From: a virus | Taxonomy: Duplodnaviria > Caudoviricetes | Length of the DNA: 64,000 nucleotides | Virus record (IMG/VR): IMGVR_UViG_3300029288_000056 | Coordinates: 192,001-256,000 of that record | Strand: one strand, 5' to 3' | In this document: positions 1 through 9,740 of the stretch, piece after piece | Position numbering within the stretch: the first letter of the stretch is position 1 | How the letters are laid out: each line of letters begins with the position of its first letter | The notes under the pieces: generated by a model | Told to the model about the DNA's origin: nothing | Database searches by the model: none | Seen by the model: only the letters and a program-made list of their open reading frames with translations | Made by a program: the position numbers and the translations under genes

Positions 1-563
1 GGTGCCCAACAAAATGCTACGTGAGTATTCTTAACGTGGAAGATCTCAAGGTTTTGGCTTAGGAGGTTTACCGCTCGGGTCACACCGTCGATCTCAGTGT
101 AGTCGTGCCAAATAATCAGCCCATCCTTAGGCCTTAATGATTGTAACGCTAGCACAGAATCCACAAGGCATTGCTCATAACTGTGGCCACCGTCTACCAA
201 TACAACGGCCTGCAAAATCATATCATAGAGTCGTGAAGAATCGCACCAAAGTTGGCGTATATTGGGCGCGGTGTACAGTTTGTTCTCGCGATTAGGGTAG
301 CTATCCCCGGGACTAAACGGTATTAACGGTTTAACGTCGGACGGAATGTCAGTCGTGAGAATGTGAACTTCTGGAAAATTGATAGCTATATTTTGCGCGG
401 TGATTCCACGAAAAGTCCCTATCTCGAGAAGGCGCTTCAGATCCTTAACTTTACTCAGGAGCGTGAGCACAACCAGTAAATCGTTTCCCGGCATATCTCC
501 GCTAATGGGCTCAAATTCAACCGTCTTAAATTCTCCCACTTCAATTTCAGTTTCTTTTACCAT
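1..563 (-). CDS. Class I SAM-dependent methyltransferase (Methyltransf_24-like), runs off the window edge
   Basis: Not in the ORF track (no stop in window). My translation from ATG 563: MVKETEIEVG...RLLEIGTFRGIT...VLVDGGHSYEQC...LIIWHDY. TAATG overlap with the upstream ORF stop. Confidence 0.8.
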   Translation of the reverse strand, partial: MVKETEIEVGEFKTVEFEPISGDMPGNDLLVVLTLLSKVKDLKRLLEIGTFRGITAQNIAINFPEVHILTTDIPSDVKPLIPFSPGDSYPNRENKLYTAPNIRQLWCDSSRLYDMILQAVVLVDGGHSYEQCLVDSVLALQSLRPKDGLIIWHDYTEIDGVTRAVNLLSQNLEIFHVKNTHVAFCWA

Positions 564-1550
564 TATTCCTCTTTCATATCTCCCATAAAGTCTTGTGCCA
601 TCTCATGAACGATAAGTCTTCGCTCATGAAGAACGATCTCTGATTGGAATATAGAGCTATATGTCTTACCCACGACCTGCTTGATAACCTCGTCTATCAG
701 ATTACTCAGTTGCTTGCCTGAGGAGATGTTCTTCTCAAACCAATCTACCTCTAGGGAATAGCAGTGCACCATAAAGTTTCCGTCTTGCATCCAAATATCA
801 AAACGGAAACCGTTATCCTCCATAACTTTTTTGTTATGCGCGGTCCACTTATTGAGGTTCTTTAGCCCCTGTTCTATCGATTGCATAGCTCTCCTTGTAG
901 TAACAAACTTTCACAATCTTCGTCCCATATAATTCAAAAATAATTACCACCAATATGAGGGCTATCTTGGCTAGATTAACTAGCCTTGATACCCTCTTAC
1001 TGTAGGGTGGTGACGGGTGAAGCTTCATACAGGACTTTGTATAATAGCCGTTCGTGGGTCTGAGTAAGTGCAGCCCATCATAACGCACACCATAATTATA
1101 GCAAACGCCGCAAAAAGGATCGGCACAAGCGAGTCATGCCAGATTTTATCATCTACTGGGTGGGCGATAATACAAGCAAAGAACTTGGCGAGAGTGAATA
1201 ATCCACCCGCGATAATGATCATAATAACTAACGACACTAGTGTTGATATCATCTGCCACCTACCATTTGAAGTATTTAGTATTCTTGTCGGCCATTTCCA
1301 ATGTAATTTCTGTATGCTTCCACCTAGCTGATAGCATTATTGTCCACAATGCCACTTGCGGTATCATTGAATATATGAACACTATTATATTGGTTGGGGA
1401 TGGTAAAACCCAAACTATCCAAATGTTAATTAATGCCGCTACTACTGGTATCACTATCTGCCACCAATAACGACTGTCCCTAATATAAGGGAAGTCTGTT
1501 ATACTCCTTCGCCCGCTATCAGCTATTCCACTCATGATAAAGCCATTCAT
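563..1550 (-). CDS. Cluster of small hypothetical proteins (563-886, 1025-1252 membrane, 1260-1550 membrane)
   Basis: Contiguous minus-strand ORFs; hydrophobic segments in two of them. Confidence 0.55.
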
Positions 1551-1560
1551 GTATCCCCTT

Positions 1561-1592
1561 AAGTAAAAGTGCGGCGGGGTTGCCCCCGCCGC
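1561..1592 (-). terminator. Rho-independent terminator
   Basis: Minus strand GCGGCGGGG-GCAA-CCCCGCCGC followed by ACTTTTACTT, just after the DUF932-like gene. Confidence 0.75.
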
Positions 1593-1607
1593 TCATATCT
1601 TATGTTC

Positions 1608-2600
1608 TTATGCCGCTAAACCCGCTATCAGGTTTCCGCCAAGTCTCTGAAGAACTAGCATCCTGTTTTGGCTCTCAACTTCCTCGGACTTACGTGTAAC
1701 TGCATTGACTAGGTTGAAAACTGTTATGTTACTGTGACCCTCGTTTTGAGCCTCGTTGTTTATTCTCGTTTTGAAGTCCTCTAATTCCTTTCGCCCAATG
1801 AATCCGCGAAGGATGAAGCGATCAAGAACTCTATCAAGGTCACTGATCGATGTTGCCTTAGCCCAAATGATTCGTTCTGCGAGATAACCGTCTGCGTTGA
1901 ACGCTTTGCTAATCGCCACTATCATATTGTCGTAGATGATCTCGGTCGGTACCCCGCGGTGCCACTGATGATACTGATACTCCTCGGCCTGAAATCCAAA
2001 AATCATTCCGTTGGAGCAGATTGACCTGTAGTAGAATGGAACCACCGAGACTGCGTGGTCACCAATTTCGGAGTTGGCAATCAGAACTCCACCCTTAAAC
2101 GTCTCTCCTGCGATTTCTTTGGTGTTTGGTGTGAGAAGTTTAAAGTAAAACTTGTCTGGGCTGTATGTAACTGAGAAAGGAACGACACCCACGTTTGGGA
2201 GGACTCGGTCGAGAGCTTCTAACATAGGCTTGTTATCCATAATTGAATAACCCCCAGACAGAACCGCGCGCACACCTTCGTTGTCTGTTCTGAACAAAAG
2301 GTCCGCTCTGTTGCGTTCCATATTCCTGTAGACGTAGTTAAAGATGTCCGACTGAAGATTCACTGGAAGTCTACCGACAAACTTTGATTGCTTACAACCC
2401 GCCTTGAAGCAGAGTTGCGTAAAGGCGTGATCCGTAAAGCCGTAAGTACCACTGTCTAAACCCTGAACAGCCAAGCTTGTGCCATCACCCAAAAAGGTGA
2501 GCTGGTCTCCTTGCTGCCTGATGTCCTGATAGCCCCGATGGGACTCGTCCATGAGAGTTACTAACTCTGATGGGTTAAACGTTCTTGTTTTTAGACTCAT
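1608..2600 (-). CDS. DUF932-like phage protein
   Basis: Motifs VRAVLSGGYSIMDN, GVLIANSEIG..AVSV.PFYYRSICSNGMI, FNLVNAVT. Start moved to ATG 2600 (AAGGAG RBS, downstream of a promoter). Confidence 0.7.
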   Translation of the reverse strand: MSLKTRTFNPSELVTLMDESHRGYQDIRQQGDQLTFLGDGTSLAVQGLDSGTYGFTDHAFTQLCFKAGCKQSKFVGRLPVNLQSDIFNYVYRNMERNRADLLFRTDNEGVRAVLSGGYSIMDNKPMLEALDRVLPNVGVVPFSVTYSPDKFYFKLLTPNTKEIAGETFKGGVLIANSEIGDHAVSVVPFYYRSICSNGMIFGFQAEEYQYHQWHRGVPTEIIYDNMIVAISKAFNADGYLAERIIWAKATSISDLDRVLDRFILRGFIGRKELEDFKTRINNEAQNEGHSNITVFNLVNAVTRKSEEVESQNRMLVLQRLGGNLIAGLAA

Positions 2601-2619
2601 TTTCATCTCCTTTAACGAC

Positions 2620-2648
2620 ACTGTAACATATACAAAACAAAAAGTCAA
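2620..2648 (-). promoter_or_regulatory. Sigma70-type phage promoter (copy 1 of 15)
   Basis: TTGACT-17 nt-(TGT)TACAGT. Confidence 0.8.
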
Positions 2649-2651
2649 GCA

Positions 2652-2852
2652 TTATTTTACGCTCCATAAATCCTGTAGATTTGTAGTATACTCCCGTGTT
2701 CCGCATATATCGCACTCGAGATAAGGATCGTGTCTTTTCCATTCCTGATACCAATAAGCAGGGATCATAAATACCTGCTCGCTGCCGCAGTTGGGACAAC
2801 TTTTACCCGGGTAATACTGAACAACTTTTTTCTTCTTCCCAAATATACTCAT
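2652..2852 (-). CDS. Small Zn-ribbon protein (paralog of 16202-16435)
   Basis: CPNCGSEQVFMIPA...ECDIC. Confidence 0.65.
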   Translation of the reverse strand: MSIFGKKKKVVQYYPGKSCPNCGSEQVFMIPAYWYQEWKRHDPYLECDICGTREYTTNLQDLWSVK

Positions 2853-3209
2853 TTAGTCTCCTTTAGACGTGCCATTCTCCAATATTATTCATGGCTTTAG
2901 TTATTTCGTCATCATCAACATACTGTAATAGAACCCGGCAAGCCCTCTCATGCTGTTTGCTACCATCACGGACATAACTATTCAACTTCTCCATAAGTAT
3001 TTCTTTATCCCTACTTTTATCTTTGGGTGGATTAAAATCAATTTGCAAGATACCACCCCAAAGAAAAGCATTTGCCACAAAAAAAGCGGTAAGTAAATCA
3101 CCCATTATAGCTAGTACACCAAAACATGTCGCGGAATACAATAACTGTTTTAAAACAGAATACCATACTTCACTCATTTCTTCCCCCTTTCGTTCATTTT
3201 TACCCTATT

Positions 3210-3785
3210 TTATAAATGCATAATATCCTTATATATCATCATTGCTAATACAACAGAGTGGCCCATTATCCGGCTACTGTCCTCAACTACCTCTTCAAAA
3301 GATAAGTCCCCAATATCGTATCCGTCAAAATCAAATAAACAGACGTCTTGTTCTTGCACAAGCTTTTGGAGTTGTTTAAAGGCCTCAGTTTCTTTTGCGG
3401 CCTTTACGTACAAAGGAATATAAATCCGTCGGCGCGCTGTGATGTAGCCTAGTTTCTCCCCATCCCAATAAGAGTAAAGGGGCTTAACGCCTTTGCCCAT
3501 TGTGTAACGAACCGCTCGCGGGTTACTCCATCCTTTTTGTGCCCATTCAAAATACTTTTGGGTAGGATCTCCATTTTCGTCTGCGAATTGAGGATAGACC
3601 TTACAGTATTGCCAAGCATTTTCCATCGTCTCTGACACGCGTCCGCCATAAAGCTCAACAGGCCCTAGAAGAAAAGGACTAAGTTGCCGCATACAATCCG
3701 TAGCATGAGACGTAACATCTATAACCCTAAAACCCTCCGGTACTTTGTCGCGTGGGCCGATGATTTTAATCATTTTCGTTAACAT
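3210..3785 (-). CDS. DUF6939-like protein (possibly NADAR-related fold)
   Basis: VIDVTS, LSPF..GPV, MENAWQYCKVY, LGYITARRRIYIPLY, LFDFDG, GHSVVLA. Confidence 0.55.
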   Translation of the reverse strand: MLTKMIKIIGPRDKVPEGFRVIDVTSHATDCMRQLSPFLLGPVELYGGRVSETMENAWQYCKVYPQFADENGDPTQKYFEWAQKGWSNPRAVRYTMGKGVKPLYSYWDGEKLGYITARRRIYIPLYVKAAKETEAFKQLQKLVQEQDVCLFDFDGYDIGDLSFEEVVEDSSRIMGHSVVLAMMIYKDIMHL

Positions 3786-5330
3786 TCTCTACAAAGTTGA
3801 TTCTATCTATGTCGACCGACACGAGCTTAGGTGTCATCTTACCATGTAGATGTTGACCCGGCTTTATGTTAATGGCGTCCCAGTAACCGATTGCATAGTT
3901 GCCCTTTGACGTTATCAGTACCATACAGCCTTTCGCCGGATACAACCCAGCCGCTATACCGAGATCGGTTCTAGATGGAGTAACCGTTTGGCTTGCGCAA
4001 CCTAGCGCTAAGAGTAAGATAAGTAATAGTTTTTTCATTCTGTGACCTCTTTTTCTTCAATTGTTTCAAGTGGGCAATCTTCTATTTCCCTATAGTATCC
4101 ACCTTCAAAGTCGCATTCAATTCCTTGACCTTTCCTTGTGGGGTAACTACATTTACATTCATAACTATCATCACCATAAAATGGACATTTCTTAAACCCT
4201 TCATATCTACAATCAGGGTCAGCAACGTCATCACTATAGTGATCTTTAATTTCCTTCACATCAAAAATATATTCATTACCGTCAATCACGGTACGCTTAA
4301 TTATGACGTTATAACATTCAAAAAGTAGTCTAACGCCCTCATCCGGTACAGCTTCAAAGACTTGATTATTATATTGAAATCTCTGACGCTTTTGAGTTTT
4401 ATTCGCCCTCCATTGTGCCCATTGTTTTGAATAAGATACGCCGCAACCACGAGGGGATAAAAGATCAAATTCTTCTATCCTATCCTCTGCTATTTTAAAA
4501 ACACGTTCAAATATATCATTCTCGGTTGGCCGGTTGCACTGTGGACACTTCTCACCATTAGTCTCTGCTGTATACCCGCAAAAACTACATACGTATATTG
4601 TCTTTTCTTTCACCTAACATCTCCCACTACGTTCTTGGTCTCGTTGTAATAGACTTCATAGGTCTTACCGGGCACCAACTTGACATAGGCGCTATTACGA
4701 ATGAAGTAGCCTCGCTCCGAGAAGGTTACGGCATGCTCCGTTGAGTAGGTGAGGTTAAGCTCTGCCGGGTTTCTCAACTCACCATTATCCTTCAGATAGG
4801 TGCCGGCGTAAACCCAAGAGCACTTATCATTTGTCTGTTTGTGACCGCAACTAATCAGACAAAGTATCAGTAGTATTACGCATAGGTACTTCATTTTGAT
4901 CCTCCAAAGGTTGAAAGTGCCCGTCATATTCCTCAACTAAGTGGTTAATTTTGTATCTGAGACGCTCGCGTTCTGCGATAAGTTTAGGGTCTTCTTCTAA
5001 GGATTTAACCCAAGGCCCATCGTGAAATTCCTGTAATTCACAACTATAATTAGGTTCCACAACTATACGCATAGGACATTTGTATATGCGCGCACTTAAC
5101 AATAAGGTTCCACTCCTACTTTTAATACGGAGTATCCAATCATCCTCATTGTATTTTCTGTTATTTTCACGACTTATGATAACAGGCCAAATATTCGAAA
5201 GCTCCACCTTATTATACCCATTAGCTTGTAGTATATTCGCCGCTTTCTTAGCGACGAGCAACCCCTTGGCTTTAATCTCTTTGTTTCTCGCCTCGAGCTT
5301 ATCAACTTCCTCTTTGAGTTCCTCTAACAT
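3766..5330 (-). CDS. Four hypothetical proteins, including two lipoprotein-like ORFs (3766-4038, 4610-~4894) and a Cys-rich protein (4035-4613)
   Basis: Lipobox-like LALGC and LISCG signal peptides; CxxC motifs; overlapping start/stop codons. Confidence 0.55.
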
Positions 5331-5336
5331 TATCCC

Positions 5337-6395
5337 TCACTTTACTATGTATTCGTCTCCGGAACCGAATTTCTGAAGCTCTCTCACTAATGAAGAGCTC
5401 ACATGATTAAGATCGTTATCGCAGAAGAAGTAGACTGGATTCGTGACGCCATTTCTACAAAGGTAGTCGCTCATATTCTTCTCCGCCTGTAGGTCGGAAA
5501 TGTTGCGCAGCCCTCGAATCAACCGATAGGTGATTCCGGTGCCACGAGCGTCAAGCTTAAGTTTGTCCATAAAATCAACTAACAGGCCGTCAAATTCGGT
5601 ACAGTAGTGTTGGCTCTTGACCTTCTCGGGTGGAAACGGAAACTGCTGGTCTTCCTTTGCCCTAACTACCATAACCTCGTCAAATACGTCACTGGCTTGC
5701 TCAAGTATGTTGAGATGGCCGATGTGGAACGGATTGAACGATCCCACGTAAACACCTACGTTCTTAGGCCGAATTATGTAAGATGCTTGCGCTATAATCC
5801 CTTCACATATCTTGGTCTGCATCGTGGGGTTAAATTTTTCCCAACCCTTATCAACACTCAGCCTGTTGTACAATCCGTCCAAGAACTGTATTCTAGCCTT
5901 CCAATATTCGTCGTACCTTACGTCTAGATGCTCAGCTCTGATATTCTGCTCGGTGATGTAAAAGGTGTGTTCAGTAAAACCGATAAGATCGTAAAGACAG
6001 ATCACATACATGATCGTCTGGTCTTCTGGATTCTCCGTGTAACAAGGTAGCGCGCTTGGCGTGTGTTCTTGAGTTGCCAGAATACATCTGACTGCCGATT
6101 TCACAACAGGATCATCAAAGTCTTTGGCGTGTTCCAAGAGAAACGCCGCGGATTTAATTTCCGCTTCCGCACCAATTATAACGTCGTGAAAGAGAATAGC
6201 CAAACGCAGAGCTTCGTCTTCCTTTTCCATAACAGGAAACGCCATATTGATGTGAGTCTCAAGCATGTGAGCTATGTGATTATTGTTGTGGTATACCCTA
6301 CCCGGAGCCTTGTATAAGTCCACAAGGTCGCTCCAACTAATATTGGTATACTTTTTTAGTATATCGTAGGTCTTTTCATTTTCTTGAAAATTCAT
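5337..6395 (-). CDS. HD-domain phosphohydrolase fused to a CoaD/PPAT-like nucleotidyltransferase
   Basis: N-terminal YHNNNHI...LAILFHD (HD). C-terminal YVGSFNPFHIGH, LIRGLRNISDL, HVSSSLVRE (CoaD-like). Start reassigned to ATG 6395, TAATG-coupled to an upstream 37-aa ORF. Confidence 0.8.
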   Translation of the reverse strand: MNFQENEKTYDILKKYTNISWSDLVDLYKAPGRVYHNNNHIAHMLETHINMAFPVMEKEDEALRLAILFHDVIIGAEAEIKSAAFLLEHAKDFDDPVVKSAVRCILATQEHTPSALPCYTENPEDQTIMYVICLYDLIGFTEHTFYITEQNIRAEHLDVRYDEYWKARIQFLDGLYNRLSVDKGWEKFNPTMQTKICEGIIAQASYIIRPKNVGVYVGSFNPFHIGHLNILEQASDVFDEVMVVRAKEDQQFPFPPEKVKSQHYCTEFDGLLVDFMDKLKLDARGTGITYRLIRGLRNISDLQAEKNMSDYLCRNGVTNPVYFFCDNDLNHVSSSLVRELQKFGSGDEYIVK

Positions 6396-6508
6396 TATAG
6401 CCCCCATATCCAAGGTCTGATAACAAACCACCAAAGAGAAAAGAAGGCCCAGAAGAAAATAGCCCCACTTATAATATATGCTATCCATTGTTTCCAAGTC
6501 CAGCCCAT
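6395..6508 (-). CDS. 37-aa Trp-rich single-pass membrane peptide
   Basis: AGGAGG RBS right after a promoter; MGWTWKQWIAYIISGAIFFWAFFSLWWFVIRPWIWGL; stop overlaps the next ATG. Confidence 0.7.
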   Translation of the reverse strand: MGWTWKQWIAYIISGAIFFWAFFSLWWFVIRPWIWGL

Positions 6509-6525
6509 TTTATCCTCCTAAAGTC

Positions 6526-6554
6526 AGTCTAACACACTCCATCCCAAAAGTCAA
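6526..6554 (-). promoter_or_regulatory. Sigma70-type phage promoter (copy 2)
   Basis: TTGACT-17-(TGT)TAGACT. Confidence 0.8.
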
Positions 6555-6819
6555 GCGTTTTTACCATTCACTACATTCGGATTCAGGTATGTCAGGATTC
6601 AAATCGGGGTCAAGGATAGCGCTAATAATTTCCGTTAGTGGCTCGGTAAAGTAGCAAAACGAGGGGTAGTCCTCTTTAGTTTGTCTATCCTCTTTGCACA
6701 GTTCATGAATAATGCATTTATCACAACCCTTACCATCAACCCATGCTACGGCGTTATCCAGTCTTGCCAAGACCTCTTGTTTTGTAAATAGTTTTTCCAT
6801 TTTATCTCCTAAGTTAAGC

Positions 6820-6849
6820 AAAAAAATGGGGGCCCGTTAAGAGCCCCCA
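6820..6849 (-). terminator. Rho-independent terminator
   Basis: TGGGGGCTC-TTAAC-GGGCCCCCA followed by a T7 tract. Confidence 0.8.
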
Positions 6850-6854
6850 ATGCT

Positions 6855-7277
6855 TTAGCGGCCTTCGCCCCAGATAAAGTCGTAGCTTACGTTGAAGTAG
6901 TTAGCCAAAGTGATGGCAGTCGTTACGCGGGGCTTATGCTTGTTTTGCTCTATTCTGTAAAGAGCGCTGCAATCTATACCGATTTCCTTTGACAGTCGGT
7001 TGATTGTAATACCTTTTGCGCGCCGTAGTCCCCAAAGAATGTCGCCTACGGTGAGTTTGCTTGATGGCTTTGGAACACACATACCGTTAGCAATGCTATT
7101 CGGTTCCAAATTGAAGAACCTCGCCAGTTTTTGAGCAACTTGGCTACGTGGTTTCTTGGTCTTTCCTCTTTCAATTGCACTTACATGCTCTTGGGAAATA
7201 CCAATCATCTCCGCCAACCGCTCCTGAGACATTTTGGTCTCTTTCCGATAGCCACGAACGACCTGTCCTAATTTCAT
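6855..7277 (-). CDS. Tandem XRE-family HTH regulator (two HTH domains)
   Basis: MSQERLAEMIGISQEHVSAIERG and ITINRLSKEIGIDCSALYRIEQNK. Confidence 0.85.
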   Translation of the reverse strand: MKLGQVVRGYRKETKMSQERLAEMIGISQEHVSAIERGKTKKPRSQVAQKLARFFNLEPNSIANGMCVPKPSSKLTVGDILWGLRRAKGITINRLSKEIGIDCSALYRIEQNKHKPRVTTAITLANYFNVSYDFIWGEGR

Positions 7278-7278
7278 A

Positions 7279-8385
7279 CTACTCTCCTTTTGGTTGCCTA
7301 GCCATTTTCCAAACGAGCATATTCTCGTCTGGCTCTATCATTTTCCAAATAGCCTTATCATAAGGCCTATTATCTAACATTAAGAAGGCGAGAGCTCTGT
7401 AAGGGCTGTCCGCCATGTAAGCTGCGAATTCTTTTCGAGATTGAGCTTGAGTCTTACCGAGCTTAAATTCGTATTTCTCAAACAGTTCCTTCGCCGCCGT
7501 CTCGATTTCGTTGTACTTGGCTTGAAAGTCGTCGATCAGTTTCTTAATAACTTCATACTGCTCGTCCGGCATTCTCTCAAGCAGATCGTCCCTATGCTCT
7601 CCAGCCATCATCCATTCCCAAATTCGCTTCGTGGTGACTGAGAACATACACTTATGCAGAGTCAGATAGTCCTCGAACTTAACTTTAACACGCAAACCGT
7701 CCGGGAATCTGATTACGAAGCCTTCCTCGTTCGGCGTATTGAGGCCTTTGAGTTCGTCGATACTGGTTACACCGTCAAGCCGTTCAACAACCGGGAAGCC
7801 CGCATCGTTGTTGGCCAACATCTCGTCATAGGTCAATTCCCGACCAGACTTGGTTTCGAACATGGTTATAAGGAACAGATCCTCAGTCTTCCCGTAGTCA
7901 AGTACTACTCGGTTTTCAGGGTAGATGATTTCAAAGAGATACGAGTAGTTCGGATTGAGCTTAGACGCGTCGTAACGCTTTATCATCTCATTAGCCTTAA
8001 CCGCTCGCTCGCCGTCAAAACAACCACGAGTAGCTATGTAGGGCTTTCCATCCAAGAAGTAGAGCGTTCCGAGAGAACCGTCCATCTTCTTGGTGATTTC
8101 AAAGTCTATCTTATTAGATACCTGCCGTATGAAGGACAGTCTTTGAGTAAGAGGTGGATTTTGAGACGCCATCTCCTCTATATTGAAGAATTTTTCGACG
8201 CATCTGGACACTATGTTGAAGTTCTTATCCACAATTAAGCCGCGGCAAGCTAAGGTAACTTCGTTCCAAACGCGGTCAAACTGAGTATCCGCAGTATAAT
8301 TGAGGATCCACAGCTCGGCGGTCGGGTGCTTACGTTTAATCACGTACCCTTTCCGCATCATTTCGTTTAGAAGATTAATGTCCAT
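7279..8385 (-). CDS. T4 Rnl1-like RNA ligase
   Basis: ACRGLIV, KFFN, motif I KMDGSL, IATRGCF, YLFEII.PENRVV, EGFV, KVK. Confidence 0.88.
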   Translation of the reverse strand: MDINLLNEMMRKGYVIKRKHPTAELWILNYTADTQFDRVWNEVTLACRGLIVDKNFNIVSRCVEKFFNIEEMASQNPPLTQRLSFIRQVSNKIDFEITKKMDGSLGTLYFLDGKPYIATRGCFDGERAVKANEMIKRYDASKLNPNYSYLFEIIYPENRVVLDYGKTEDLFLITMFETKSGRELTYDEMLANNDAGFPVVERLDGVTSIDELKGLNTPNEEGFVIRFPDGLRVKVKFEDYLTLHKCMFSVTTKRIWEWMMAGEHRDDLLERMPDEQYEVIKKLIDDFQAKYNEIETAAKELFEKYEFKLGKTQAQSRKEFAAYMADSPYRALAFLMLDNRPYDKAIWKMIEPDENMLVWKMARQPKGE

Positions 8386-8391
8386 ATTGTA

Positions 8392-8419
8392 ATCCTATCA
8401 TACTTTCCCAGAAAGTCAA
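8392..8419 (-). promoter_or_regulatory. Sigma70-type phage promoter (copy 3), leaderless for the RNA ligase
   Basis: TTGACT-16-(TGA)TAGGAT-6 nt-ATG. Confidence 0.8.
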
Positions 8420-8706
8420 GCTTTATTTTGGTAAAGTTCCAAACTTCAATTCCGTAATTAAGGCTTTAACCATAATTACCTTATTATCGCCCTGACGGTC
8501 AACTCCTTGTATGGTGATTTCAACTACATCAGTTGAGTTGGCCGTTTGGATCAAGTTAATTGCTTCGTCGAAATTGAATGGCTTACGAATTCTGTCGGTT
8601 GCACCAGATGGAACTCGTCCAATAACAACTCTTTCGACACGATCTCCATTACCATCATGAGTATCAAGAAATATTTCTTCTGTTGACATCTCAACCCTTT
8701 CTACTA

Positions 8707-9147
8707 TCAAGCTTTATTTACGATAATTATCTTATCCTCAAGGTAAGTGTCAAGGATCTCCTTCACCGCGTTCCAGTCAAGGTTTCCAAGACCACAACCC
8801 AGCTTCGGAGAGCAGATAAACGGTTTAATCCCAAGCCAAGACTTTGTGATCCGCTGAAGTTCTTGCGCACTTCTATGAATCAGCGGATACTCCGAGTCGT
8901 TCTTCCAGTGATTCTTAGTCGGAAAGGTTATGACCCGTTGCTTTGGAAATACGTAGACTTGGTTGCCATCATGAGCTAGCGCGTTTCCTAGCATCATTCG
9001 TATTTCTGGAAACTTTATTGCCGCTTGAAGTGCCACGCCCGCACCCATTACGGCGCGGCCGTCTCGATCTGTATTTCCGTTAGTCGGGACCACGACCCAG
9101 TAACCCATGGCGTGAAGGTCCCAAATGTCTCCGTTAATCTCTTCCAT
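8707..9147 (-). CDS. Macrodomain ADP-ribose hydrolase (TARG1/DarG-like subgroup)
   Basis: GDIW, VVPTN, VMGAGVALQ, ITFPTKNHWK, PKLGCGLGNLDW. Confidence 0.85.
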   Translation of the reverse strand: MEEINGDIWDLHAMGYWVVVPTNGNTDRDGRAVMGAGVALQAAIKFPEIRMMLGNALAHDGNQVYVFPKQRVITFPTKNHWKNDSEYPLIHRSAQELQRITKSWLGIKPFICSPKLGCGLGNLDWNAVKEILDTYLEDKIIIVNKA

Positions 9148-9674
9148 TACTTCACATCTCCAATAACCGATTCAAATCTCGGTTTGTTGTTTAGGATCTT
9201 TTTAGCGATTTCTGTATGACTCTCTTGTTCATCGTCAACCACCGTCGCCAATATGTTCATGTCGGCCATACTAAAATAGTCCGGGCGGAAGTAGTGATAC
9301 CAGTTGGCCCGGATAAAACTTGAATGGTCGGGGTTGTATTGCTGAATGTATCCAGCTATCACAAACATGTAGTACAATTTGAACATGATCCTGTGATATC
9401 TGTGTTGTACTCTCACTTGTCTACTCTTCATAAACATGCGCTGAATGGCACGTCTGAAGAGCGAGGTCTTAAACTCAACTCCACCGAAAGCGCTGGAATA
9501 CAACTGATACCTCTTGCTGTATTCTTCGCTTTCTTTTAACTTATCTTCCAATCCAAACCATTCTTTCCTGTAGGCATCTGCTTGAGCCGACAGCTCGAGA
9601 ATAGCGGTTGGAAGGTCAAACTCATCCAACGACACACTTTTACTAATGGATTTAATTATCTTGTTAACGTTCAT
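9147..9674 (-). CDS. Hypothetical protein
   Basis: 175-aa ORF downstream of promoter copy 4. Confidence 0.6.
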   Translation of the reverse strand: MNVNKIIKSISKSVSLDEFDLPTAILELSAQADAYRKEWFGLEDKLKESEEYSKRYQLYSSAFGGVEFKTSLFRRAIQRMFMKSRQVRVQHRYHRIMFKLYYMFVIAGYIQQYNPDHSSFIRANWYHYFRPDYFSMADMNILATVVDDEQESHTEIAKKILNNKPRFESVIGDVK

Positions 9675-9704
9675 ACCTTTCCTTTGTTTGTCAGCATTTT
9701 CTAT

Positions 9705-9733
9705 ACCTTAACATACTCTTTTAGAAAAGTCAA
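9705..9733 (-). promoter_or_regulatory. Sigma70-type phage promoter (copy 4)
   Basis: TTGACT-17-(TGT)TAAGGT. Confidence 0.8.
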
Positions 9734-9740
9734 GCACTTT

